This document shows positions 48,970 to 62,469 of a DNA stretch of 64,000 nucleotides, piece by piece (the first letter of the stretch is position 1; every line of letters begins with the position of its first letter). The DNA is from Mobula hypostoma (Eukaryota), in NCBI RefSeq assembly GCF_963921235.1, contig NC_086106.1, positions 19,034,001 to 19,098,000 of the forward strand. The letters are read 5' to 3'. The position numbers and the translations under genes were made by a program. The notes beneath the pieces were generated by a model. The model saw only the letters and a program-made list of their open reading frames with translations, was not told the origin of the DNA and did no database searches.

Positions 48970-51135
48970 GTATGATTCTGAGATTCACTCCACCATTGAC
49001 ATCCTCTGCCACAGTCACAACCCAGGGACAAGCAAGGTCAATAGGTAACGGCAAGTCTGGCATTGTTGTAGTTGTGTGAGTGGATTAATAATGCAGAGGC
49101 AGAGAGGGGGAAAGAAGCAGAGTTTATCCGATGCTTTCAAAACTTAACTCTCTTCTAAACTACCAACACAAGGTCTGTCTGTCCATCAGTAAATATCCAT
49201 CTGCGCCCCTCTGTCACATTTCAGACAGATGTGCTGCGAGAGTGCAGCACTCCCTCAGTACTAGTACCAGGATCATTGACCTACAGTCTGTTCCCAAGCC
49301 TCAGGACAATGGCTTAAACACATGACCAGAGATGACTGTGAAAAATTGTAGCTTTAGATTACAAACTATTTCACTGATGTTCTTTGGTGAAGGACACTGG
49401 CCTTCCTACCCTGTTTACCCGTATCCATCAGTCCCACATCATACTCTTCATTTCTCTCTGACGGACCTGCTGGAGCAGAGCAAGGAATGCCGGCCTTGTC
49501 AGTGAGGGAATGATGAAATAATGACTGCAGGGTCAATGTTTACATACCAACGTCTCAGAGACATGAAGCAAGTCTATCTGTCAGCGGAACTGGAGGAACT
49601 CAGTTCCACTGGAGCAGGCATTGTGGAATGTAACTGGACATCAGACAGTTGTTGAGTTCCAGTAAACCAGAGAGATGCACAGTACTCAGCCAGGCACAGA
49701 ACTAGTGCTGAAGCAATGGTACAGAGTACACTTGTGATGCTATCTCAATGTTATCCCTTTCTCTGTTCACAAGTATTCTCTAATCCACTGAACACTTTCC
49801 ACAATTTATCTTTCATTTCCAAAAGTAAAAACTTTTACATTTTAGATGTGGAGAGATCACTAGTGGTGTAAACATTGGCCTCGATGGTGTAAGAACAGAA
49901 TATTCCAGGAAAACATCATGCAAATGAAAAAGCCCATTCCCAATAGAAACCCTCTAAAGTTACCCTTCCCCACCAGATGAGATGGAAAGAAGTTGGGTCA
50001 CTGGGTTCTCTGCAGCAGAGATTCCCATGGACAGAGTGGCCAACAACTCCAATTGTCAACCTTCAACTGATGGTTGATCCTCCAACAGTGTGGTTTACGT
50101 CACTGAAACAAGCAAGGCTACCTGCAAGTCCTTTCTCATTGGCTCAAAGTGGAAATATATATTCCATGACTAAGTACATCAAAATAAATTACCAACATTT
50201 CTGAGATCCTGCAGATTTTGTTAAAACTTCCTTGTGTCAGGTCTGATCCTGTTGGAAACTTGTGTAGACTACTTGACAGGTTAAAAGTCAGCCTGTGTTT
50301 GTGTAATCTAAGTTCAATAACGAAGGTATGGAAAGCATTCGGCTGCCAGTGTTCCGTGCCGGTATGTTTTGGGTTACAATTGTGTGACTTAAACATGAGG
50401 GGCTGGAAGTGTTGGCTGGTTGGTTCTGTCCTTCATTGTATAGACAGACAGACAGACATTCAAGTAGATTTTGGTAAATGTGTACTATAGTTTCCACTGT
50501 GCAAATGATAGAAAATTTTGGATTGGTCCACAATTTCAAAGTTTAATAGACAGGGAAAGGTATTTCATCAACTGTGTGAAGACAATTGGTGAACTCATTC
50601 AGAAAGTGGAGAGTTACAGAAAGAAGGGACAATATGTAGACAGTGATGTCCTCTGACCTGCAGCAATGTGTTCAGTGATGACACTATTCACTAGATTTAT
50701 TCATGGTTTAGATATTGGGTAGAAACACAGATGACTAATTTTTGCCACTCACACAAGGCTGGCAGATCTGTCAGCATCTGGAAAGCTTTAACTACAGAGA
50801 TAATAATCGATGAAATGAATAGGCAGGAACCAACTCCAGGTCTTTGGACAAACTGTCTTGGAGGGACTGCTGAACATACATGCACTCCCCAGAGTAAATT
50901 ACAAGTTGGGATGATGGTTAATGAACACTAAGTGAAGATCTGGTCAATATTTTTAGCGGAGTGAACATAGTTGATTCAGAGAAACTAGTTCATTTAGTTC
51001 TGTCCAGGGACTCACAGGTTACAAATGACATGCTGTGAAGAAACAAGTCATCAAGTTTACTCAACTTTATTGCCATGTTGATCTTCAAGAAACAATGACA
51101 AGAAACTAACCTTCTCACTTTCTCAATTGTTTCAG

Positions 51136-51278
51136 AAACCTGCACAGACATGACAGGAGAGGAGGGGAAGGAAGAACAGGGACACGTGGATGGAGATGAC
51201 AATGTGCTTACAGTTGTTGCCTTTGTCATTCTGTTCATCATCAGTTTCCTCTACAGCACCTTAGTCACCGTTGTCAAG
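51136..51278 (+). CDS. IgW: Transmembrane exon TM1
   Basis: Acceptor TTTCAG|; phase 1 gives ETCTDMTGEEGKEEQGHVDGDDNVLTVVAFVILFIISFLYSTLVTVVK with the antigen-receptor TM (CART) pattern F..LF..S..YS...T; donor AAG|GTAAC at 51279. Not in the ORF track. Confidence 0.93.
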
Positions 51279-51439
51279 GTAACTAATTGACTAACAGAGA
51301 CATCCCATGAAACACAAACTTTCAACTTCCTTATCTCACATTGCATTCTCTGACACTGCAATCCCAACGACAGCACAATCAACGGACAATACAGTCTAAG
51401 GCCTTCACAACCCCTGGGACTTTACACCTTTCCTCTTTA

Positions 51440-54400
51440 CTCCGAGCCTCTGGGCCTTGATAAGCAGAAGTTATGACCTGTACAAAAGGGATAGGTTACA
51501 CCTGAATCCACAGGGGACAAATATCCTTGCAGACAGGTTTGCTGGAGCTGTTCAGAAGAGATTAAACAAATCTGGCAGGGGGATGGGAAATGAAGTGATA
51601 GGGATAAGGATCAAATCATTATGTTTACAAACAGGGGCAGTGTGTAGTGAGACTGCTACTAAGAAGAAGCTGATGACCAGGTAAAATTACAGTTAATGGG
51701 ATGAGTTGCAATGTAAAACAGGACACAAATTTAAAATGTGATGAATACAGGACTGAAGGTGTTATATTTGAATGCACGCAGGGTATGGAATACACTCAAT
51801 GAACTTGAAGCCCAGCTACATATTGGCATGTATGACTTTCTGGGCATCACTGAATTGTGGCTGAAAGATTATAGCTGTGAGCTTAATTTCAAAGGATATA
51901 CATTGTATCGAAAGGACAGGGAGATAGGCAGAAGGCGTGGTGTGGCTGTGTTGGTAAAAAATTAAATTAAATCATTAGAAAGAGGTGACATAGGATCGGA
52001 AGGTGTAGAATCGTTCTGGGAAGAGCTCAGAATCTGGAAGAGTGAAAGATCCTGATGGGAGTTATATACAGACCTGCAAACAGTATAGCAAAGATGTGGT
52101 CTACAAATTACAACCGAGGACAGAAAGTGCATGTCAAAAGTGCAATGTTAAGATAGTCATTGTGAATTTCAATATGCACGTTGATTGAACTGGAGTGGAA
52201 CCAATATCCTGGCTTTGCTGATGCTACTTGGGAGAGTTTAAGCTCGTTTTGTGGGGGCTGAGAGCCAGAGCCCCAGGTCAGTAGGGGAAGGCCCTGACCA
52301 GAAGTTAGATGTCAGGAAAGGTATTGAAAGGCTACTTCCTTCAGAACCCGAGGGTACATTCCATCAGGTCCAGGAGATTTATCCAACCTCAGACCATTCA
52401 GCTTCCTGAGCACCTTCTCAGTCGTAATTTTCACTGCACCTACTTGTCCAATATACTGCATATGTCTTTTCTTTCTCCTGCTGTAATTTTTAATCCACAT
52501 CCTGGCTGCTGTTTGGAGGCCTGTATACAACTGCCATTGAGTTCCTTTTACCCTTGCCATTCCTTAACTCAACCCGTAGAGACTCTACACCTTCCGATTC
52601 TATGTCACCCCTTTCTAATGACTTAATATTATTTCTTATGAACAGGGCCACACCATCCCTTCTGCCTACTAACCTATCTTTCCGATACACCATATATCCT
52701 TGGACATTCAGCTCCCAATGGCAGCCATCCTTTAGCCAAATTAGAGCATGGATCAGTTTGTGGAAATACAATCTTATAGACATTTCAGAAACCTGGTCAA
52801 GAGAGGGGCAGGAATGGGTGATTAATGTACCAGGTTCTTTAAGGAGGGTGCAATCACACTAATGGGATTGTACTACAGACCCCTTAAAAGCCACCAGGAC
52901 ATTGAGGAATGGATATGTAATTAGGTTCACCAGAAGTATAAAAATAATATTTTTGTTGTCGTCATGGAGGGTTTCAACTTCCCTAATATCAACTGGGACT
53001 ATCTTAGTGTATGTGCATCCAGGAAGGTTTCTTAAATCAGTATGTGCACAGTCCAATGAAAGGAGGGGGCCATTCTGTGACAGGTGTTGGGGAATGAGCC
53101 TGGCCAGGTGACTGACCTTTCAGTGGGTGAACAGTAAGGGAACAAGGGCATTCAGCAGGAACTAAGAAGAGTTAATTGGAAACACCTTTTCTCTGGCAAG
53201 TCCACATCAGACATGTGGAGTGTGTTTAAAGAGCAATTGCGCAGAATGCAGGAAAGGTATGTTCCTGTCAGAAGGAAGGATGGGCATGGAAAGATAAGGG
53301 AACCCTGCATGTCCAGAGAAGTGATGAATTTAGTCAAGGAAAAAAGATAGAAGTTTGTAAGGCTTCAGAAGGTTGAATCAAACAAAGCACATGAGGGGTA
53401 TAAAGAAGCCAGAAAGGAACTAAAGGGAATTAGGGAATTAGGAAAGCCAGGAGAGGCCATGAAAAGTCCTTGATAAGTTGGATTAAGGAGAATCCCAAGG
53501 CGTTTTATACATACATCAAGACCAAGAGGATAACTCGGGTGATGGTGGGACAACTCAATGATAAAGGGGGGAACATTTGCTTGGATGCAGAGAATGTGAG
53601 TGAGGAACTTAATAAGTTCTTAGCTTCAGTATTTACAAAGGAAAAAGATGTGGAGGACCAGAAGAACAGTGCTGAGTGTACAAATAAATTAGGGAATTTA
53701 GAGGTAAAGGCAGAGGAAGTGTTGGGCTTCCAAAAAAGGATTAAGATGGATAAGTCCTCAGGACTAATGTTACATAGAAACTTAGAAAACTTACAGCACA
53801 ATACAGGCCCTGTGGCCACAATGCTGTGCCGAACATGTTCTTACTTTAGAAATTACGTAGGTTACCCAGAGCCCTCTATTTTTCTAAGCTCCATGGACCT
53901 ATCCAGCAGCTTCTTAAAAGACCCTATTGTATCCGCCTTCACCTCCATCACCAGCAGCCTATTCCACACACTCACCACTCTCTGTGTAAAAACTTACCCC
54001 TGACATCTCCTTTGACCTTAAAACTGTGCCCTCTCTTGTTAACCATTTCAGTTCTGGGGAAAAGCCTCTGACTATCCACACAATTAATGCCTCTCATCAT
54101 CTTGTACACCTCTCATCCTTCGTCACTCCAAGGAGAAAAGGCTAAATTTGCTCAACCTATTCTCGTAAGGCATGCTCCCCAATCCAGGCAACATCCTTGT
54201 AAATTACCTCTGCACCCTTTCTATATTTTCCACATCCTTCCTCTAGTGAGGTGACCAGAACTGAGCACAGTACTCTGTGGGGTCTGAGCACGGTCCTATA
54301 CAGCTGCAACATTATCTCTCAGCTCTTGAACTCAATCCCACAGTTGATGAAGGCCAATGTACCATATGCCTTCTTAACCACACTGTCAACCTGTGTCACA

Positions 54401-55230
54401 GCTTTGAGTGTCCTATGGACATGGAGCCCAAGATCCCTCTGATCCTCCACACTGCCAAGAGTCTTACTATTAATACTATATTCTGCCATGATACTTGACC
54501 TACCAAAATAAACCAGCTCACACTTACCGGGGTTTAACTCCAACTGCCACTTCTCAGCCCAGTTTTACATCCTATTGATGTCCTGCTGTAAACTCTGACA
54601 GCCCTCCACACTATCCACAACACCCCCAACCTTTGTGTCATCATCAAATTTACTAACCCATCCCTCATCCAAGTCATTTATAAAAATCACAAAGAGATGG
54701 GGTCCCAGATGAGGCACACCACTGGTCACCAACCTCCATACAGAATATGACCTGTCTAAACAACTCTCTGCCATCTGTGGGCAAGCCAGTTCTAGATCCA
54801 CAAAGCAAGGTCCTCTTGGATCCCATGCCACCTTACCTTCTCAATAAGCTTTGCGTGGGGTACTTTATCAAATGCCTCGCTGAAATCCATAGAGTCTAAT
54901 GTTGTACCTCTACTTAAGAAGGGAACAAGGCAAAATCCTGTGAACTATAGACTGGTGAGTCTCACGTAAGTTGAAGGGAAATTGCTAAAGAAAAATCTTG
55001 GAGATAGATTATCTGAGTATTTGGAAACCCAAGGCCTAAGAAGGGAGAGCTAGCACGACTTTCTGTGGCACAAATTGTGCCTTACCAACTTGATTGGGTT
55101 TTTTGACAAGGTGCCAATACAGACTGATGAAGGCAAGACAGTGGATACTGTCCACATGGATTTTAGCAAGGCATTTGATGAAGTCCCCCATGGGAGGCTA
55201 ATCCAGAAGATTAAGATGCATGGGATACGT
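51440..55230. mobile_element. Nest of CR1 fragments in both orientations
   Basis: CR1 peptides on + (51738..51965 LGITELWL; 53470..54003) and - (52490..52783 VVYRPPNS; 54319..54543; 54565..54831 KFDDDTKV). Confidence 0.8.
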
Positions 55231-57230
55231 GGCAAATTATAAAAATAAAAGAGAGGAAGTATAACATAGCAAGGATGAGTGGGAAGCCAGAGGATTGGGA
55301 GACTTTTAAGGAGCAACAGAAGATAACTAAAAAGGCAATACGGGGGGAAAAGATGAGATACCAAGGTAAACTGGCCAAAAATATAAAGGAGGATAGTCAT
55401 AGCTTCTTCAGGTACGTGAAGAGGAAAAAAATAGTTAAGACCAAAATTGAGCCCTTGAAGGCAGAAACGGGGAAATTATTATGGGGAACAAGGAAATGGC
55501 AGACGAGCTGAACAGGTGGTTTGGATCTGTCTTCACTAGGGAAGATACAAACAATCTCCCAGATGTAATAGTGGCCAGAGGACCTAGGGTAACAGAGGAA
55601 CCGAAGGAAATTCATATCAGGCACAAAATGGTGTTGAGTAAACTGATCGGACTGAAGGTTGATAAATCCCCAGGGTCTGATGGTCTGCATCCCAGGGTAC
55701 TTAAGGAGGTGGCTCTCGAAATCGTGGACGCATTGGTAATTATTTTCCAATGTTCTATAGATTCAGGATCAGTTCTTACAGATTGGAGGGTAGCTAATGT
55801 TATCCCACTTTTTAAAAAAGGAGAGAGAGCGAAAACAAGCAATTGTAGACCAGTTAGTCTGACATCAGTGGTGGGGAAGATACTGGAATCAATTATAAAA
55901 GATGTAATAGTGACATATTTGGATAGCAGTGGCAGGATGGGTCCGAGTCAGCATAGATTTATGAAGAGGAAATCATGCTTGAGAACGTGACTATGAAAAT
56001 GGACATGGGAAAGCCAGTGGATGTAGTGTACCTGGACTTTCAGAAAGCCTTTGATAAGGTCCCACATAGGAGGTTAGTGTGCAAAATTAGAGCAAATGGT
56101 ATTGGGGGTAGGGTACTGACATGGATAGAAAATTGGTTAGCAGACAGGAAACAAAGAGCAGGGATTAATAGGTCCTTTTCAGAATGTCAGGCAGTGACAA
56201 GTGGGGTACCGCAAGGCTCGGTGCTGGGACCGCAGCTATTTACAATATACATTAATGATTTAGATGAAGGGATTAAAAGTAACATTAGCAAATTTGCAGA
56301 TGACACAAAGCTGGCTAGCAGTGTGAAATGTGCGGAGGGTGTTATGAGAATGTAGGGTAACTTGGACAGCTTGGGTGAGTGGGCAGATGCATGGCAGGTG
56401 CAGTTTAATGTGGATAAATGTGAGGTTATCCACTTTGGTGGCAAGAACAGGAAGGCAGCTTACTATCTGAATGGTGTCAAGTTAGGAAAAGGGGAAGCAC
56501 AACGAGATCTAGGTGTCCTTGTTCATCAGTCACTGAAAGTAAGCGTGCAGGCACAGCAGGCAGTGAAGAAAGCTAATGGCATGCTGGCCTTCATAACAAG
56601 GGGAATTGAGTATAGGAGCAAGGAGATCCTTCTGCAGTTGTGCAGGGCCCTGGCGAGATCACACCTGGAGTACTGTGTGCAGTTTTCCTCTCCAAATTTG
56701 AGGAAGGACATTCTAGCTATTGAGGGGGTGCAGCGTAGGTTCACGAGGTTAATTCCTGGGATGGCGGTACTGTCATATGTTGAAAGACTGGAGCGACTGG
56801 GGTTGTATACACTGGAATTTAGAAGGATGAGGGGGGATCTGATTGAAACATGTAAGATTATTAAGGGATTGGACATGCTAGAGGCGGGAAACATGTTCCT
56901 CATGTTGGGGGAGTCCAGAACCAGAGGCCACAGTTTAAGAATAAGGGGTAGACAATTTAGAATGGAGTTGAGGAAAAACTTCTTCACACAGGGTTGTGGT
57001 TCTGTGGAATGCTCTGCCTCAGAAGACAATGGAGGCCAATTCTCTGGATTCTTTCAAAAAAGAGTTATATAGAGCTCTTAAAGATAGTGGAGTGAAGGGA
57101 TATGGGGAGAAGGCAGGAAAAGGGTACTGATTGTGGATGATCAGCCATGATCACAGTGAATGGTGATGCTGGCTCGAAGGACTGAATGGCCTACTCCTGC
57201 ACTTGTTGTCTGTTGTCTATTGTCTAATTA
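55230..57230 (+). mobile_element. Comparatively young 5'-truncated CR1 LINE
   Basis: Consecutive long ORFs 55481..55990, 55975..56355, 56362..57072 with [30 protein letters not shown]. Confidence 0.92.
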
Positions 57231-58460
57231 TCTTTTTGGATTCAGAACTGGCTTACACATAAAAGAGAGTGGCTAGTGGTTGAAGGGACATGTTCAACCT
57301 GGAGGTCTGTGATTAGTGGAGTTCCACACGTGTCTGTACTGGGACAATCGTTGTTTGTAATGTATATAAATGATCTGGATGAAAGTGTAGATGGGTTGGT
57401 TGGTAAATTTGTGCATGATTCTAAGACTGGTGGAGTTGTGGATAGGGCAGAAGACACTGAGAGGAGCAGGCCAAAATTGACTGGAAGGGGACACTAGCAG
57501 GGATGATGGCAGGGCTGCAATGGCTGGTGATTCTGAGTGCAATTCAGAAGGCGCAAGATAGATGCATCCCAAAGAAGAAATATTCTAAAGGTGGGATGAT
57601 GCCAGGCGGTAACTATGGAAAAGTGTAAATAAACAATGTTTTGGGCCAAGAGCCTTCATCAGACTGAAACATTGATGATTGACTCTTTTACAGAGATGCT
57701 GCCAGGCCTGCAGAGCTCCTTCAGCATTTTATGTGTGTTGCCTTAGAACCCATGGTATTCCAGGAAAGATACTGGCATGGATGGAACACTGGCCGATTGG
57801 CAGGAGGCAAAGAGTAGGCAAAGAAAAGAGGCCTTTTCTGGTTGGCTGCCAGTGAATAGTGGTGTTCCACAAGGGTCTGTGTTGCAACTGCTTCTTTTAA
57901 TGTCAATTGTCAATAATTTGGATAATGGCATTGATGGCTTTTATGTCCAAGTCTGCAGATGATACAAAGAGAGGTGGAGGGGAAGGCAGAGTTGAGGAAG
58001 CAGAGAGGGTACAGAAATACTAAGAAATATCAGAAGAATGGTCGAAGAAGTGGCAGATATGAGGAGGTGATAGACAGGGGCTACAGGGAGGAGATTACCA
58101 CAAGGCTGCAGGAGACAGGTGTCTGGGTGACTGTCAGGAGACGGAGGGTAAATGTACAAGAAGTGCAGAGAACACCTGCGGCTGTTCCCCTCAATAATAA
58201 ATCTATAACTTTAGATACTATTGAAGGGGAGCCAGAGTGACCGGGTCTCTGGCACTGAGTCTGGTGATGTGGCTCAGAAGAGGAGAGAGGCGAAGAGGAA
58301 TGCAGTGATGATAGGAGATTCCTCAGACAGAGGAACAGGACGAGGTTCTATGGGCGCGATAGAGACACACAGATGGTATGTTGCATCCCTGCTGTCAGGA
58401 TCAGGGATATCACAGATTGTGTCCATGGTATTCCCAATGGCGAGCATGAACAGCCAGAAT
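57230..58460 (+). mobile_element. Further CR1 fragments including ORF1 remnant
   Basis: GVPHVSVLGQ (57276), GVPQGSVL (57777), AVMIGDS (58221..58472). Confidence 0.7.
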
Positions 58461-58464
58461 TCTT

Positions 58465-60250
58465 TGTTATGAGACACTCCCAACTGCACCAGATTCCGGG
58501 AGTACGGATAGCTGGCACGGCCCCTTGAAGGGATCAGGACGGTCCTGCTAATTGATAATCATGTTTGTGTGCCAAGAATTGAGTATTGAAGGAACAACTG
58601 AACAGAAGTTCAGCGCTCAATCGTAAGCTGCTTTGTGCTATCATCCAGCATTAGTATTGTGCTCAGCTCTAATTTGATACCGTGACTAGAACCTTGCTTC
58701 ATTTACCCCGGCAATTAGGTCCAAACCATCCTCATCAAGGACTCTTGTCTCAGTATGATTGAGCCAACATGGACCCAGTGGGATATCAAAATCTTTCCTC
58801 CACTGTGGTGAGCCACAGTGAAAGGATTTCCAGACAAGGCCTGGAGATTAACCACCTCCTGGTATCCGTTCATCAACTTTCTCAGGGAGGAATCCAAGCT
58901 CACTCGGGAGAGCCAGTTGGTGCTTCTGTGGAGCCAGCACGTCTTCCAACCCCGAAGAGATTCGACGGTGACTCGGGTTCTTACCATGGCTTCCTCAGCC
59001 AATGCTCACTCGTGTTTGAACTACAGCTGTCCCAGTTCCTTTCAGAGCAAGGAAAGGTGGCCTTCATTTTCTCTCCTGGACTGGAAAAGTCCTGGCCTCG
59101 GCCACTGCGCATTGGGAACATCGGTCTGAGATCTGCTCGGATTCAGAGGAATTCATGGCTGCCATGAGGAAGGTGTTTAATCACCTCACTGGAGCCAGCT
59201 GAGACTCAGACCGGCTGATGAAGATTCGACAGGGGGGATGGTCCACGGCCGACAACGCAATCGAATTTTAGACCTTGTCCCAGAAGAGTGGTTGGAATGG
59301 AGAGGCCATGGCCATGTTCTACCACCACAGAAGAACTAAAGGATGCCTCATCTTGGGAGAGCCAGCTGAGATCTTCGAGGCTTTGAGTGACCAGTCCATC
59401 CGTCTCAACAATCGTCTGGCAGAGCAAAAGTGGGACCACCTCAGGAAATCAAAGTGAGCCAGTTTGAGCCCAGTCCCCATGCAACACAGTTCCACCCCAC
59501 AACCTCGGACCATAATCAGCCCTTTGACTGCTCAAGATCCAGTCGAACTCATGCAGATCGGTTGTGCTGGGCTCTCCACTGATGAAAGGTCCCGGCGTCA
59601 GAGTCGCTGCTTTTACTGTGGGGAAGTATGTCACTGGTGAGCCGAGTATCCCAGGCTCCAACCGTCGAGACTGCTAAGATTATCCAGTATCAGGAGGACT
59701 GTGACGGTAGCAGTCACTACTCCCAATACCACTGACTCTGGGTTCATGCTGAAGGCGGAGTTCACCCGGGGTAAAAACTTAAGGCAGGTGAGAGCTGCCT
59801 GGACTCTGGGACAGCGGGTTATTTTCTGGATTTAAGAACCACCCATCGGTTCGACATACCGCTGTGAGTGTTGAGCCAACACATGCCTGCAACTGTCTTG
59901 GACTGTTGCCCACTAGATTCTGGGAAGATACAGCAACAGACTGTGGATTTGCAGATGAGGATAGAGGTCATGTGGAAGACACTAGCTTCCACATTATTGA
60001 CTCTTCACTCATATCACTGATCGTCAGCTACCCTGGGCTGTCCCAGTATAACCCATCCGTGGACTGGAGGTAGGGCAGAATTATTGCTTGGTCCATTCAT
60101 CGTAAGAGGTTTTATTTGCACCATGGTATTCCGAGACACAAACACTCCTGTGACCAAGAACTAATTAGAGGGCAGCCTTCAGTGTGAGGTAACCTGAGAC
60201 CTCCTAGAGACCAAGTCCTGCCCTCAAGGACAAACAAGCCATTTCCAGTC
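58465..60250 (+). mobile_element. Truncated Ty3/Gypsy (sushi-like) LTR retrotransposon: 5' LTR, gag, degenerate protease
   Basis: LTR TG...CA 58465-58752; gag ATG at 58769 with PKRFDGDSGSYHGFLSQCSLVFEL; SGWNGEA; zinc-knuckle remnant RCFYCGEVCH near 59.6 kb; stops and frameshifts; no 3' LTR seen. Confidence 0.85.
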
Positions 60251-60439
60251 AATAGGACTCTGTGAGTCCAAACACTATCGAGTCATGTCCGCTCGATCAG
60301 GACAGGACCAAGCAAATACCTGAACAGTCTGGGGAACTCGCAGCCAAGCTTATGGAATCCAGCTGCCAGTTCCAAAGGAAGGGATAAGACTCCTTTACGC
60401 TGACCCTTGAAGTCTTTTTCCAAGAGGGAAATAACCCTC

Positions 60440-61910
60440 TGTAATGCCTTATTGCTGTTGCCTGAGGATTCAGACGGGGATTTGAAGAGGAAGAAGTGTT
60501 CAAAAGGCAAGATGACACAATTATGGTATCAAGGGAACTCAAAGGCAACATAACAGCCAAAGTGAGGGCATATAATTGAGCTGGAATTGGTGGGAATTTA
60601 GAGGATTGGTAAGCATTTAAAATCAACAGAAGGCAACTAAAAAAGTCAATAAGGAGAATCAGATGGAATGCTAAAGTAAGCCACTCAATAATATTAAAGA
60701 AACACCAAAAGTTGCTTCAGACATATGAAGTGTAGAAGAGAGGCAAGAGTGGAAATCAATGCTGGAAAAGTAGTAATAGGGGACAAGGAAATGCAGGAGG
60801 AACTGAATATATATTTTGCATCAGTCTTCGCTGAGGAAGACATGAGCAGTCTGGTAGAACATCCGGGCATCGAGGTCATGACGTGTCTGAAGCTACCATT
60901 ACTACGGAGAAGACTTTTGAGAAATAGAAAGGTCTGAAGGTAGATAAATCACCTGGACCTGATGGTGTACACACAAGGGTTCAGAAGGAGGTAGCTTAAG
61001 AGATTATAGAGGCATTAACTGTGATTTTTCAAGAATCCCTAGATTCTGGAATAGTTCCGGAATTCTGGAAAATTACAGATGCCATTCTGCTCTTCAAGAA
61101 GGGAGAGGGACAGAAGAATGGAAAGTATAGGCCAGTTAGTCTGACTTAAGTGGTTGAGAAGATGTTGGAATTGACTGTTAAGGTGTGGTTTCGGGGTACT
61201 TGAAGGCACATGGTAAGATAGGCAGAAGTCAGCATGGTTTCCTCAAAGGAAAATCTTTCATGACAAATCTGTTGGAATTCATTGTAGAAATAAAAAGCAA
61301 GATAGACAAAGGAGAATCAGTTGATGTTGTGTGCTTGGATTTTCAGAAAGCCTTCAACAAGCTGCCACACATGAGGCTACTTAACAAGCTACGAGCCCAT
61401 GGTACGACAGGAAAATTTCCAGGATGTTTAAAGCAGTGACTGATTGGTTGGAGGCAAAGAGTGGGAATAAAAGGAGACTTTTATGGTTGGCTGCAGGTGA
61501 CTAGTGGTGTTCCACAGGGGTCTTTGTTCGGAATGATTCTTTTTACATTATATGTCAACGATTTGGATGTTGGACTTGATGGCTTTGTTGCAAAGTTTGC
61601 AGACGATATGAAGACAGGTCGAGAGGCAGGTCATTTTGAGGAAGTAGAGAGGCTACAGAAGGATAGGCAGATTAGAAGAATGGGCAAAGAAGAGGCAGAT
61701 GAAATACAATGTCGGGAAGTGTATGGTCATGCTCTTTGGCAGAAGAAATGAAAGGGTTGACTATTTTCAAAATAGACAGAGAATATGAAACACTGAGACG
61801 CAAAGTGTTTTGCAAGTCCTGTGCAGGATACCCGAAAGGTTAATTTGCAGTTGGTGGTGAGGAAGGCAAATGTGATGTAGAGGACTAGAATATAAAATCA
61901 AGGATGTAAT
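60440..61910 (+). mobile_element. Degenerate CR1 ORF2
   Basis: SQHGFLKGKS...LDFQKAFNKLPH (61185..61439); GVPQGS...FADD (61461..61751). Confidence 0.85.
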
Positions 61911-62469
61911 GTTGATAATTTAAATGGCAACGAACAGTAAACATCGCCGTTCAGTGCAGGCGTAAAGCTGCTGCGCTTTTGTTCCCAAAGTTTTCTGTGT
62001 TCAATCACAAGTCTTGTCCTTTTCACAATTTTACAGCTTTGCTGAAACATCCACTTTAATTTTATGAACCAAATGGACCTTTCTGAAAAATTTTCTTGCC
62101 ATTCAACCCCTGCCACGATTTAAAAAAAAATGTCACCAATGGTGAGGCAAGCTGTATGTCGGATCTGCAGGCAAACCGATGGAGATAAAAAGCGAGGGTG
62201 GAAACATGCAGACCTCCAACCAATAGAGACAGGCGGTCTGCATGTTTCTCTAATCAGATAAAAGACAGGTGGGAGGACCAACAGACCTTTTGATCAATGG
62301 CGGCAGGGATAGAAACAGGCAGGTGGGAGGTCTGGTTCACTGTGTCTACCTGACATTTTCTCTGACATTTCCCTTCTCTGTCTTCCCTCCGCAAACAGCC
62401 TCTAGTGGGAACGGTTTGTGTATACTTACATCCCGACACTCTCGCAGACATCCTCTCTGCATCAACCCC

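Noticed and set aside
49977-50204. Acceptor-like site and ORF between C8 and TM as a possible secretory exon
   Set aside because: Phase-1 reading (DEMERSWVTGF...STDG*) shows no similarity to either secretory tail.
61910-62460. Non-CR1 segment with ORF 61898..62116(-), possible DNA-transposon remnant
   Set aside because: No recognisable transposase motif or terminal repeats; cannot be supported without a database search.
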